Source of the DNA: Camelus dromedarius
Taxonomy: Eukaryota
Reading direction: 5' to 3'
Assembly: GCF_036321535.1 (NCBI RefSeq)
Contig: NC_087436.1
Location: 120,778,001 to 120,842,000 of the forward strand
Length of the DNA: 64,000 nucleotides
Within the stretch, counting starts at the first letter, position 1. The number at the start of each line of letters is the position of its first letter. The notes beneath the pieces are model-generated. The model had not been told where the DNA came from. It did not search any database and saw only the letters and a list, made by a program, of their open reading frames with translations. Below are positions 1 through 13,013 of the stretch, piece after piece. The translations under genes were made by a program, and so were the position numbers.

Positions 1-129
1 CTCCCGCCTTGAAAACTCGCCCCCTTGTGTGGGTTTCCAGGGCAGAGCCCTGAGCCTGGAAGCTGGGACATCTGGTCTCTAAGCTCTGCCTCTGCACCCC
101 TCAGTCTCCTTGTCTAATTATGCTCAAAA

Positions 130-300
130 ATTCATTCTGCTAGGCACAATTAACTCATTGAATCCTCTTGAAAGCCCAGAAGGCAAAATTCTTATCTCCA
201 CTTTACAGATGGGTAAACTGAGGCCAAGGGAGCTTAAGGGCCCACTGCAAGCAAGGGATAACGTCCACATTTGAGCCTCAGCTTTGACTCTAGTGCTTTG
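130..300 (-). mobile_element. MIR SINE fragment
   Basis: Core-like CCACTTTACAGATGGGTAAACTGAGGC. Confidence 0.6.
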
Positions 301-3300
301 GCCAGATGCCTGCAGGTACTGGGGGCCGCCCCCTGGCTGGGACCCGCTGTCTGTCTGTAGATGAGTGTGCTGGGCTCCTTCATCTGAATTCTGTGAAGAG
401 GAGGAGAAGGTGGACAGCCAGGAGGAGCATCTGAGGGTCAGCTCTCAGTCCTGGTGGCCCCACGCTCTGGGCCCTGCAGGACTAGCATGGGGAGGTCACC
501 TCCGCCTGTCCAGCCCCTGGCCTGGCACTGGGCACAGAGGGGCTCCAAGAACAGCTGTCACCCTGGGCAGAACTCATGTGGAATCATCATTATCAATCTG
601 TAAGGATGTGCATTGCCTATTGTTAGATTTTGAAAGGTGAACCGGACAAAGTCAGCGGGTGTAACCGCACCTACTGCTGTCGGAGCCCAGGTGCTGCAGA
701 CGGAAACACGTCTTGGAGATGACGCGGGAATCAGGTGAAGACCCAGGAAACTCCCCGTTGGGAGGCCTTATCAGCTATTTCGTGCTTAACAAGGATCAGC
801 TGTACCAGTTAATGTCCGTTACTGTGTCGATTCTGAGCTCCGCCCGGGAGCGCTCAGGGTCTGCTGAGCGAGTGAATGAATGATGAAGGATGGCGTCATT
901 TCTTCACCGCCAGAAACCTCCAGGGCCCACGGGCCTCTGCTGCCTGACACCAGCCTTCCCCCCTGGGGTTCCCAGGGCCTGGCACCTCCCCGCTTCACCT
1001 GGGTCTCCTGCTGCAAATGCAGTGACGGTACAACACTGGCCAATAAAAGAGGGACAGGGAGTGACGGTGCCACGGGGCCCCTTGGCCATGCGTCCAGAAA
1101 ACACTCAGCTGAGCCCAAGGAGCGGCAGGAGGACCCCAGCTGAGTGTGGCCTTGGGTGCATCTCTCCAGAAGTAGCCGGCCTGGAACTCCTCAGCCCCGA
1201 ATATGCTCCCCTGGAAGAGGGGAGACTGAGGGTGTCGCACTGCACGGGGAAGGCAGGAGGCTCAGGGAGGTTTGGGGACTGACACAAAAAGTGGAGGTAG
1301 GACTTGAACTCCCAGCCCTGGAGCTCAGATGCATCATGGCCAAAGCCAGACAGGAGGTGCTCAGACGGCCAGCAGCTGGGTTTTCTCATGGCTCCTTCTC
1401 GCCTGGGCCCATCCTGCAGGATTTATGCCCAGGGCACCCAGGCAAGCATGAGCTGCCGCTGGGTTAGACTCTCACAGGTGCCCCCCTCCACAGGGTCCCC
1501 CAAGCCAGGGCAGACTGCCCTCTGCGTTTGTACCAATCTGAGGCCCAGGGCACTCCACCAACTCGCGGCTCCTCCTCTCCCATCAGACTCCAGGTCAGCA
1601 CTCAGTGGATCATTCAGGCTAAAGCCAGAATCTCCCCCTATACGTCCCACTAATTCAGACCAGGCCCAGGCTGCAGAACTCTATCTGGGGAGCCTCGAGG
1701 AGTCACGGATGCAATGCATCAAATGAGGAGCATGTTTGCACTGCTTGGCCCCCGAACAGACAAATGGAATTCTAAACTCTCTGGGGTGGAAGAGATCTTA
1801 AAAGGCATTCTACCCAGCCATCCCCAAACACCACCACCACCACCACCATCCAGAGCTCAGAGCTCCACACACAACTGAGAAAATTTAACACTGACACTCA
1901 GCCCCTTACGCACCTCCAGGGACGGAGAGCTCACTACATCTCAGAGCATCCTGCTTCCACCATCAGCAGGTGAAACACATATCTCCCCTGCAGTCCTCAG
2001 GGCCACACAGGATGTACATGTCCCCTCTCCCCAGACACAGTGCTTCCAGGTCCCAGAGCTCCCTCCCCTAGGGGACAAGGGCAGGTTCCTGCTGGGGCCT
2101 CACTCTGCATCCTGGGAGCATCCCCAGGCCCTATCTAATCTCCCTCAGTCTCTGAGTAACTTTAAGGTACCCAGAGAGTCTGTGAGCTGCCTTTCAGTGG
2201 GGCAAGGCGCCTGAGCCAGCCCCGACCCTGACCCACCTACGGCTGCTCCACGCGGAGGTGCTCTCAGCGGCGTCCCTTGCAGAAGCTGACCCTCTACCCA
2301 CAGGGACTGGGTGGGCCTCACAACAAACCTCAGAGGGAGCACTGTTCTTCCCACCGCACAGACTCAGAGAGGGGCGGCGACCGGCCCAAGGCCCGGCAGC
2401 CGAGAGTGGCAGACCCGCACCTGCCAGCCCCTCCGAGCCGAAGGGTGTTCCCACGCTCAGCGGGCCTGAAGCTCCCGCTGCAGCAGCTGCCTCGGTGCCC
2501 TGGCTGCCAGCTGCCAGCAGCCACACCCCTGTGCCTGGGCATTCTCCCTGACTGCCAGATTTTCCTCTGTCCCTGTGCAGCCAGAAGTGCCAGGGAGTCA
2601 AGCACACCTCCCGCCCACCCGGAGGAGCCCCCAAGCCACGCCCGCAGAGGTCAGTGGTCTGACGGGACTCTTCCTGTTCGCCACGTGGAGGCCCGTCCCG
2701 TGGCTCAGCTCTTGTGGGCTTCCTGCTCTCCCCCTCCCCCTGCTTCCCAGGACCCCTCCTTGTAAGTACGTGTCCACCAGTCAGTGTCTCTGCTTCTGGG
2801 GACCCAGATCCAGATACCGAAGACCTGAGACTGAAGACTCAAGTTGCCCTGAAGGCGCCTTTGTAGTCTAAACCTCCTGGGCTGCTATGTTTGCTTTTGT
2901 ATGTTTGTACTTTGATAATTCTCAAAGCATTGAGGGCTCCCTTGACTTCTGGAAATGAAAAGAAAGATCTCCAAAAGGAGTCTGGGGCAGCGGTGACACG
3001 GAGGTGCTGGGCATCACCGGTCCGGGGACAGCTGCTCAAGCCCACCTTAAAGGTAGCAGTGAATGGTGAGCGCAGGGCGTAAACCCTCGGTGTTTGCGTC
3101 GGCGGCTCATCGTGCAAACGTCAGGTGCAGAGTGAGCCTTGCTTCTGCGCTCTGACTCTCTCAGTCCCACTGGGACTGGACAGACAAGGGCCTGGGCATG
3201 GTCCTGCTTCTGGAAGCTCTCAGACCCAGCGATGGAGAATGAATCAGAGGGCTGGTGGGGCCAGGCGGAACCCCGGTACCACAGACACGCTCCTGGGGCA

Positions 3301-4779
3301 TCCGGCCCCCAGGTCCCGGGCCCTGCTCAGCCAGCCCCAGCTGGGCTTCCCAAGCCTCACTTTCCTCCTCCGTCTGTCATGAGTGTGAGACCAAGCCCTA
3401 CAGCATCCGGCAGCCAGGACGTGCTCAGTAAACTGGGGGGAGGGGGGTTGCTGGGAGTTGGCAGAGAAGGTGGGCCCAGTCCTGGAGCCAGAGGAGGAGA
3501 AGACCCTGGAAAGCCCCGGGGAACAAGAGTATATTGTGCAAATGAGGGTGCATTGGCAGCTTCTGGAGCCCAAGTGGGACTCTGTCTGCACAGGAGGGCT
3601 GGACCAGGTCAGAAAAGCGGCCCCGCACGGACCAGCTCTGACGGACCTTGTGCCGTGAACAGAGCTGCTGGCCAGAAGCTACTGAATGACTCTCAGTCAT
3701 TCATCCGTTTCCAGGCCGGCCCGCCCCGGATCCCCAAATAAGCACCTACTACGCGCCAGGCGCAGCGCCAGCAGCGCCCAGCCGCGCTCTCTCAGCTGAC
3801 ACTTCCCTGAGAGCATCTGCCAGAAGGCATTAAGAAGTTGCCGGAGGAAGCCCTGGCTTCGTTTGGGAACTTTCCCCCAGCTGAGAAGGAGAGGCAAAAG
3901 GAGGAAAGAATGACCAATTATTCGCTGTGTTGTCTTCAGATGAAAGGCCTTTTCTGTGGCGCTTCCCGGTCTCCTGTTTGGGCTGTCAGCAGCAATTTGA
4001 CGAGGAATGTTGCTCGGCCTGACCTGTTTTTTCAAGCCGGTAACCTATATTGTGTATCATCTCAGCGCAGGAGATAATCGGCCAGCATCCTCCCTCGCAC
4101 AGTCCCCGCCGGTTGAACTTCAACTTCTAAAACCAGGAAAATTGATTGGAAAAAATGGCAGGGAAATCGCCCACTAATGATATTTTGTGTTCAGGAGCGG
4201 GGGGGCGGGGGGTGGAATTAAAGTGGCTTTAATCTGCTTCTCCCAACGTGGATTTCAGTGCTGAATGGTCAATTGTTGCTAAATTCTAATTGGTTCTGGG
4301 TCACTCCCTTTGAAATACGGGCTGCGTTCTGTTCATTTTTTCAATTAAATCTTAACAATTCACATCTGACAAAACTCAAAAATCTTGTCAAAAATGGTTC
4401 AGATTTGTGTAGTGAGAACGTGCAACAGGCAAGATGGAGCTTGCACCAGAGGAAACGTTTATCCCGAGGAGCAGTTTAAGGGCTAATTATGAGAATGCCG
4501 ATTTTATTGTTTCCAGGCTCACCTCCTTCTGCTACATAAAATGAATTTTTCTCATTAATTTACAAAAAAAGATACTTTGGAGGAAACCCTGAAAGACCAC
4601 AAATGCCTTTGCCCAAGCGATGATTGTTCTCTGGATTAAGAAGTTCAAGCCCCTTTCACATTTCATGTCTCATTGTGAGAAAGTTTTATTTTATTCCCCG
4701 AGGTAACACAGCAGTTGGCTGGATGTAGAAGACACAAGGCTTTGTAGCGGGCAGACTCTGGTCCCAAGCGGGCTCAGCC

Positions 4780-4910
4780 CTGCTGCCAAACTGGGTGATA
4801 ATTCTCCGCAGAGGACCGCACCTCTCTGAGCCTCAGTTTTCCCATTTATAAAGTGGGAATAATATTTTCTCAATTTGGGGTCATAAATGAGTGTTGCCTG
4901 ACGCAAGGGA
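4780..4910 (+). mobile_element. MIR SINE fragment
   Basis: CCTCTCTGAGCCTCAGTTTTCCCATTTATAAAGTGGGAATAATA core. Confidence 0.6.
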
Positions 4911-5139
4911 GAGGCTGAAGATGTTGTCCCTGTCGTTCGAATTGTAGGATTCTCACGGCTTAGTCCCAGCCCCATTTTTCATATCGCCAGGCTGCAGACC
5001 AGAGAGGGTCAACAACTTTCCCAAAGTCACACAACCAGTTTGTTCTGGAGCCAGAAAGAGAAATCAGAGCTGCTTCTAGAGGGTAACATCTCAGAACGCG
5101 TGTCTGGCTATCTGGAGCCCACAACGGAATGCTATCAGC

Positions 5140-5290
5140 TGGCTTCCCGAAGGACGGGCCCTGCGCCAAAACTTGGGCATCCCCTGTGCTTGTCAAGTAT
5201 GCAGAACCTCAGGTCCCAACCCAGACCTGCGGAATCGGAATCCGCATTTTAACAGGGTCCCAGCTGGTCCCAGTTGCCAGAAGAGATGAG
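5140..5290. mobile_element. MER5-like hAT-Charlie DNA transposon remnant
   Basis: ATGCAGAACCTCAGGTCCCAACCCAGACC...GAATC...GCATTTTAACA resembles MER5A. Confidence 0.5.
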
Positions 5291-6284
5291 CAGATGTGGC
5301 ATTTCACTGGATTCTGGTGGCCCGAAAATGAGCGCTCGGCCAGTTCTGAGAAGGCCTGTGCCCCTCTGACTCCCAGGTGGCCTGTTCCTTGTGCAGGATG
5401 GTGGAGCAGCCCCGGAGAGGACGGGGGAAGGAAGGTGGGCACTGCAGGAAGACCAAGGCCACAGGGACACAGTCCTTGTCCCCGCTCCTTCTGTGCTCCC
5501 TGCCAGTCAGCCCAGCCTGCTCAGTCCTCCCGGGCTGCCGCTTTTGAACCTCACTCCTTAACCCAGGCCAGCTTTGCCACCCATACTTTTGGGGCCCTGC
5601 CCGTCCCCTGGTCTCAGCTCTTCCCAGTTTGTGGTCAGTTTCCCATCCTTGGGGTCTCTTTACCTGCAGAGTGGTGTGAGAATCAACTGCCCCCCCAGTA
5701 GCCTTGAGCCAATGCCTGGAGAGCTGGGGTGGAGACGGGCTCCCTGGCCCTTGGTGGGACAACCCCGCAGTGTGGGAGGGTCCCGGGGCAGGATGGATCC
5801 TTGGCCAGGGGTAACTGGCTTCGCCACCCTCCGCCTGCCTCACTTCCCCACATCCCCTGCTGGTGTGCCCTGCACCCCCAATCAACCCCTTACCCTCAGC
5901 TCCTTCTGGGGAGCCCAGCCTTGGGTCTCCATCCCCCTCCTGACTGGAGAGGGAGGCAGGGGCAGTCGGGTAGGTGCTGCTGGTCTGTCTGAGAAGCAAG
6001 AACAGAGGATGGCATGGGGGCTGCGGAGCGTGCCAGCCAGGCGGGGTTGGGTTTAGTGGTCACTCTGGCTGCCCCGTGGAGGACTGGCGGGGGTGGAGGC
6101 AGGCATGGAGGGGCGGGGAGATAATTCAGGTGGCTGGGAAGAGTGGGCAGGCCGGAAGAGGGGGGACCTGAGCGGTGGGTGGAGGAGGAGGGGCAGGAGG
6201 GATGCTGAGTTAGCTCCACTCTTTATCCAGAGGGTTATCCAGCTGCCTGTCCCCTGGGCCAGCTTCAAATTCATACATCGTCAG

Positions 6285-7192
6285 AGACATGTACATCAAA
6301 ACCATGATGAGAGGCTGCTCCACACCTGCCAGAATAAGATCCAAAACACTGCTGACCCCAGGTGCTGGTGAGGACACGGGGCAGCAGGAGCTCTCATCAC
6401 TGCGGGTGGGGAAGCGAGATGCTGCTGCCACTTTGGAAGAGAGCTGGGCAGTTTCTTACAAAACTAAGTATACTCTTGCCATACGAGCCAGCAAGGGTGC
6501 TCCTTTGTTTTTACCAAAATGAATTGAAAATGCATGGGCACATAATAACCTGCTCACAAATGTTCACGGCAGCTTTATTCATAATCACCGCAAGCCGGAA
6601 GCAACCAAGATGCCCTTTGGGAGGTGAATGGATAAAAAAATGTGGTCTATCCAGACAATAGAATATTATTCAGCTCTAAAGAGAAACGAGCTAACAAGCC
6701 ACGAAAAGGTATGGAGGAACCTTAAATGCATGTTACTAACTGAAAGGGGCTGGTCTCGAATGACAGCAGACTATCTGATTCCAGCCCTGTGGCATTCTGG
6801 AAAAGGCAAAAACCACAGAGACAGTGCCAAGATCAGTGGTCGTCAGGGATTTGGGAGGAGGGGTGAAGAGGTGGGGCACAGAGGATTTTGAGGGCAGTGA
6901 AACGATCCTGTGTGATACTATAGTGGTGGACAAATGTCATTGTGCCTTTCTCCAAACCCCTAGAAGGTACAACACAGACGGAGCCCTCCTGTGACTATGA
7001 ACTTCCATTAGTAATAGTGTGTCAGTATTGGCTCATCGGTGGCAACAGCGCACCCCACCAGTGCCGGAGTTTAACGAGAGGGAAACTGGGAGCGGGGAGG
7101 GAAATCACGTAGGAACTCTGTCCTTTCTGCTCAATTGTTCTGGAAACCTAAAACTGCTCTAAAAGTAAAGTCTTAAGTAATTAAAAACAAAA
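6285..7192 (+). mobile_element. Ancient LINE-1 3' end (L1MC-like): ORF2 tail plus 3' UTR
   Basis: Degenerate ORF2 C-terminus (MFTAALFII...KQPRCP...EWIKK; IEYYSALKRNE), typical 3' UTR ending CCTAAAACTGCTCTAAAA, A-rich tail. Confidence 0.85.
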
Positions 7193-8767
7193 ATTTTCCA
7201 TCGGTGGCCCCAGAGCTGCCACATAAGGAGGCAGGACCCAGATGAAGCCCAGCGCCCAGCTCACTGCGCAAGGCCAGCTTTGCATGGGAGCCATGCTCGG
7301 GGAGCCATGGAGGAGGCCCCCACTGCTGGGGCGGGGTTGTGGGGCTGGGAGGGGAGAGGAGGGGAGGGGGACGCGAGGTCTGGGGCCCTTAGGAAGAGGG
7401 GGCGGTCAGTGAAACAGGCCACAGGATCTCTAGGATGGGGACAGGGAAGGTGAGGTGATGAGGCCCCAGAGATAAGCAGGGGCAGAACTGGAAGGCTTCC
7501 TGGAGGAGGGGTGCTATGGCTGAAACTTGAGGGTCAATGGGGAGGCTCCTTTCCCTCATGCCAGCCCCAGTCCTCATTGGGCTGTTGTGTAGCACAAACC
7601 CTTCCCAGGCTTTCTGGTGCCCTCAGTACAAAGCCCAGTGCCTGATCTGCCTTCCAGCCCTAGAGACCGGCCCTGCCCCCACCATCCTCATCTTCTCCGA
7701 GAGACCCAGCCAGGTGAGTGACGGCTGGATGAAGCCACAGGGACCACTCCAGGTGGGCTGGGAACTGCCAATCAGATCCCACTAACAATGAGGCTGAGCT
7801 GCCCCAGGAGGCAGCCCAGGGAACTTTCAGGACCTGGGCCCCTCTCGTCCCTGGCAGGGATGCAACGTGGGTGGCTGACCCCCTACCCCATCCTGCAGAG
7901 GGGGGGACCGAGGTGTAGGAAGGGACGTCTTTACTAAGGTCCTGCTTGACAAAGTGCTTCCTGGGGAGAGGGCCTTAAATCCCCAAACCTTAGCCCACCT
8001 GTGGCCAGGGGAGAGGACTCCCAGGACCTAGACCTCTTGTGACCATGACCTTTGCCCACCTGGGTTGTGGCCAGGTGGGCCCAGCGCCATCTTTCCTCAG
8101 TCCTGGGAAGTGGGCAGAGGCGAGGGGGAGGGGCTGTGCACTGCTGAGCAGGGCTGGGCTGCCCTGGGAGAGGAGGCATCTCTGGAGCACTTGGCCTTGA
8201 CCCTGGGAGGTGAAGGCCACCTCAGCAGTGGCTGCAGCGCTCTGCTAATCCATCACTGAGCACCTCAGCTGGCCACCGGGCAATTAGTGCCGGGGCCTGC
8301 GTCGTGACAGCTAATTGCACTAATTGACGGGGCGGCTTCGGTCCTCCACACCCCTCCCCCTCATTCAGGATGGCTTCACGCCTGGGAGGCAGGCCTCTTA
8401 CCTCCCTCTCTCATGGTTTTCTAGAACATCTCTTCCCAGAGGCCACAGTCAGAGGAACACTCAGCTAGCCCTCAGCTTTGGACAGGACTTGACTCAGGTT
8501 GCCTCTCCCCTCCCCTCCAATCTGACATCTGTCCTCCATTCACATCCCTGTGTGGCCGGTGGGGAGAGGCTTGGCTAAGAGCAAAGGCAGAGGCCAGCAG
8601 GCCTGAGTCAAGGTTCCACAGGCTCTGGGCAGGGCAGGTGACCATATCTCTCCCAGCCTCAGTACTTCTGCAGGGCAGCTGGGATGATTGAATTAGGTGA
8701 TGGATGGGAAGCACAAAGTTCCAGGCATGGCCCCAAGTGAGGAACTTGGTAGGCTGTCCCAGAGCCA

Positions 8768-9050
8768 TGACAATGATAGTAATGACAATGGTGATGATGG
8801 CAGTGGGATGATAACAGTGATGCTAGTGGTGATGATGGTGGTGGTGATGGTGGCGGTGACAAGGATGGTGGTGGTGATGATGGTGGTGATGATGGTGGTG
8901 TTGATGGTGATGATGCTGGGATGATGACGTTGCTGGTGATGGAGAGGATGATGGTGATATAACGGCAGTGATGGTGGTGATAGCGATGAGGATGATGGTG
9001 GTGAAGGTGAGGATGATAATGATCGTGAGGGGTGACAATGACGGTGGTGA
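8768..9050. repeat. Degenerate (GAT/GGT)n trinucleotide low-complexity repeat
   Basis: About 280 bp of GATGGTGGTGATGATG-type triplets; source of the poly-His/Val/Met pseudo-ORFs. Confidence 0.92.
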
Positions 9051-9094
9051 CAGTCTCTCTCCCTCTGTGGTAAAGGCTACAGTGCAGAGCCTCT

Positions 9095-9290
9095 GCTAAG
9101 CAGTGGTTAAAAGCCTGGGCTCCAGACCCAGCTGGCCTATTCAAATTCTGCCTCTGTCCTGCACTGACCTCATGACTTTGAACCTCTTTCTTGGTCTGTC
9201 CATGCCTCTGTTTCCCCCATTATAGCCAGGGGACGATGGTAGCCCTGACCTCACTGGCTGGTGTGAGGCTCAAGCGTGTCAGCACACGTG
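9095..9290 (+). mobile_element. MIR SINE fragment
   Basis: GTGGTTAAAAGCCTGGGCTCCAGA...TTCAAATTCTGCCTCTG...GCCTCTGTTTCCCCCATTATA. Confidence 0.6.
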
Positions 9291-9374
9291 ACCGTGGCCG
9301 TGGGAGGGGGAGGGGAGGGGGAGGGGCCACTGGCTTTGCTGCCATAGATCTAGGAAGCTCCTCAGTGGCTCCAT

Positions 9375-10398
9375 CAAAGTCTAAAGCTTTTTGCTGCAAA
9401 GGACACCGTCAAGGCAGTAACGAGGCAGCACACAGAGTGGGGGAAACCCGCTTGCAGGGCTCATGTGTGCCAACAGACCTGCACCCAGAACATATAAAGA
9501 ACTCTTACAACTCAAGGATAAAAAAAAAAAAACATAATCCAAATAAAAAATAGCCCAAAAATGGAAATAGACATTCCTCCAAAGAAGATATGCCAACAGT
9601 CAAGAGATACATGCAAAGATATTCAATATCATTCATCATCAGGGAAATGCAGATCAAAGCCACAGTGAGATATCACTTCATACCCACTAGGACAGTTAGA
9701 ATCAAGAGTCCAGATGCTAACAAGTGTCATGAGGGTGCGGAGGAGCTGCAGCCCTCGTGCATTGCTGCAAGGAAGATGGTGCAGCCGTTCTGGAAAAATC
9801 TAGCAGCTCCTCAGAAACATAAAAGTGGCCGTATGACACAGCAGCCCACTGTGAGGTGCGTGTGTGCGCGTGTGCCCGGGAGAACAGACAGCAGACGTCC
9901 GCACAAAAACTTGTACGTGGACACTCACAGCAGAAATATTCATGATAGCCCAAAAGTGGGAAATCGCCCCCAATGTCCATAAACCGACTGCTGGACAAAC
10001 AAAATGGTGTGTCTGTGCAACAGAGTGTTACTTGGCCATAAAAAGGCGTGAAGTTCTGATTCGTGCTACAGATGAATGGATTTTGAAAACAAGATGCTAA
10101 GTAACAGAATCCCAACACAAAAGGCTACATTTTGCATGATTCCATGTATACAAAATGTCCAGATCAGCAAATTTATAGAGGCAGAAATAAATTAGTGGCT
10201 TCGAGAGGCTGGTGGGTGATGGTTACGGAGGGTGATCACTAGTGAATCCTGGATTTCTTTTAGGGGCAATGAAAGCGTTCTGAAATTGGATGGTGATGAT
10301 GGCTACCTAGTTCAAAATACATTACAAACCACTTTAAAATGGGATAATTTTATGCTATGTGAATTATAGCTGAATGAAGCTGTTATGTTTTTTAAAAA
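9375..10398 (+). mobile_element. Ancient LINE-1 3' portion (L1MB-like)
   Basis: ORF2-like IIREMQIKATVRYHFIPTR and MVQPFWKN; L1MB-type 3' UTR (ACAAAAGGCTACATTTTGCATGATTCCAT...TATGTGAATTATA). Confidence 0.88.
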
Positions 10399-11547
10399 GC
10401 ATCCCCCAATAAATATCGGCAGATCAAGTGGAAGGAATTTTCCCGAGTGGGAGGTGAGGGATGAACATGGTTCTGAGCTGCTAAAGGACCTCCTTAGCCA
10501 TGACCCCCAGGTCTGGCTCTACCGCGCTCTCCCCACTGCCCGATGGCCCTGGCTGGGCACTCACTGCAGTGTTTCCTAAAGGGGTTCTGAGGCTGGGGAC
10601 AGACCGGCATGCAGGTGGGGAAGGGAGCAGAGAGGAATGTCCTTCTGTGACTGAGACCCCAACACCACAGCGTCTCCCTCCTCTTGGAATCTTATGGAGG
10701 ACCCAAAGCATTACACTGTCTGCATCTGCAGAGCGCCACCCAAGGCCTGGCACTCAGTCAGCACTCAGCTTGGGGATAGATGAATGGTTGAGCCTTCCTG
10801 TACCGTTGTGCGGGCCATGCACTTTTCAAAAATGCCTGGCCCAAGGAAGGTGGGTCAAGGCTGAAATCCAGCTCACCCTCTGCTCACTGCTCACCAAGCT
10901 GAGCAGCTCGGAGCCCCCTCTGCTCAGAGAGCAAGCCTTTTCATAATTCTCATTCACAGATATGCTGTACAGGCTAGCTGTCACCCTGGAGGGAGGGAGA
11001 GGGAAAGAGGGAGGGGAAAGTGAACCATTTTAATTGCTCAGAATCCGGGTTCACAAACACTTTGAAATGTGCCCACTGGAGCAATTGGAAACAAGTGGAT
11101 GTGTATCAATCATAATAGGCTAAGTTACACCCCAATGGCAAACAACATCTCAGGTGGGTTAAAACAACCAACATTTCTTGCACATGTGTCATGTCCCACG
11201 TGGCTACGCTGCTCCACATGGTCACCCGGGGATCCAGGCTGATGGAAGCGCCACCGTATTGTAGTTGCACCGTCTGGTACCTGCAGCCTCCACAGTCACC
11301 AACATGAGGGAAGAGAGATGGGAGCATCGCCCAGAGTTTCCCACTGCTCCCTTCTGTTTGCTTTGTATTAGCCAGGACCAGCCCCATGCCACCCCCACTG
11401 CATGGCTGAGAGGTGCAGTCTTTGACGTGCCTGTAGGCCAGAAAAGTCAGACCCTAGGAGTGCGAGTCCTGTCTGCACAGGGTGTCAGCTGGTCCTGATA
11501 CTCCCCTGGCCCACCACAACAGCTCAAAACAGAACCCTGGGTCACAG

Positions 11548-11706
11548 AAGCGGTCCTCATACAATCGGGGGGCCCCTGGGAGCTTGTCAACATGCTGGTT
11601 CTCACCCCAACACTAATGCAGTAGGTCCAGGCTGGGGAGTCTGGGTTTAACAGACTCCCAGGGATTCCAATGCAAAGGGTCCAGGGATCGCACCTGGGCA
11701 GCACTG
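11548..11706. mobile_element. MER5-like hAT remnant
   Basis: CCCTGGGAGCTTGT...CAGTAGGTCCAGG...TTTAACAGACTCCCAGGGATTC resembles MER5A/B. Confidence 0.45.
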
Positions 11707-12751
11707 TGAAGTGTGCACCGTGGTGCCGCTCACACTCCCCTGCCTGCACCCCATGCACCACGTTGGGCACCAGACCATGCACAGAGCTCCCTCTGGGCCT
11801 TCAGCACCCCCTTTCATGCAGCAGAAACCCCTTCCCCACCCCTTACCCTATTCTCTGGAGGTTTGCTCTTCAGGCTCAGTTCATATGTCACCTCCTACAG
11901 GCAGTCTTCCCTTATCCTCTGACTGGAGGATCAGACCCTTCCTCTGAGCTTCAGTGTATCATTATTTTTGCTTTTCTCTTTAGCCCATATTTTAGTCATT
12001 GGTCTCTTCCAGGTGCCTGCCTTGGGCAGGATACAGCTAGGGGTCTACTGTGTGCCAAAGTAATGTGGAGACACAGAGATAAATACAGCTCAGTTCCTGA
12101 CTCAAAGTACCAGACCCAGAATTCTCGACATGCTGGCAGAATAGGGATTCCCTGCCTCACCTACCCACGTCAAAGCCTCTGAGAAGTTCTGCATTTAACA
12201 CAAAAGCCATTGAGCCACATTTGACCGGATGCCTCCCAGGAATACTTGGCCATAGCACCCATGACTTGAGAACCACCTGTTCGCACCAGGGGGAGGAAAA
12301 TGTGCCAGGATCATGGTTTGGGAAATGCTGGCCGAGGTGAAGCCACAGGTAGCAGCTGCTTCTACAACAGGATGGCGCCAGGGGACCAGAACCACAAAGC
12401 CACACACCCCGAGAGGTGCAGTTCTGAGGGCTAGCACAGGGCTGAAGGAGCGCCAGCCACGGTGGCACTGCTGGTCAGTAACAAAGGCTCCTGGGTTACA
12501 GATGTGGAAACAGAGGCCCCCAGGGACCAGGCAGCACCTGGATTTGAATGTGGGACTGGCAGCGCCTCTACCTGCCCCTCATTACATCCGTATGCAGTCG
12601 GATTTCCATAAATGCTTTCTGGGCATGAGAATAAAGAAACAGGATCCAGAAACCGGAGATAGGGATGGGAAGGGCCTTCAGGGGAGGGTGGAAGGGACCT
12701 GAGCTGAGAGAGTGGATGGCTCCAGTCTGAGCTGGGAATAAGGGGCGCCTG

Positions 12752-12896
12752 AGCTACAAGGACCTACTGTGCAGCACAGGGAAAGAGCCAGGGTTTGGTA
12801 ATAACTTTAAGTGCATATAAGCTATAAAAACATGGAGTCATGTTGCACCCTTGAAACTAATAAAATATTGCAAATCAACTATATTTCCATTAGATA
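12752..12896 (+). mobile_element. Extremely 5'-truncated L1 3' terminus with a 15-bp target-site duplication
   Basis: ACAAGGACCTACTGTGCAGCACAGGGAA...TTGCAAATCAACTATA. Flanked by AATAAGGGGCGCCTG (12737-12751) and AATAAGGGGCCCCTG (12897-12911), 14/15 identical. Confidence 0.8.
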
Positions 12897-13013
12897 AATA
12901 AGGGGCCCCTGCAATCCAAGACTTACGGTAACTGGAGCAGGCACCGCAGCGTGGTCCAGGAAGGCAGCGGCGAGCGACACAGCAGGTGTGGCCAGTGCAA
13001 CCAAGGAACTGGG

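Noticed and set aside
8659..9144. Poly-His/Pro and poly-Val/Met ORFs
   Set aside because: Translation of a (GAT/GGT)n simple repeat.
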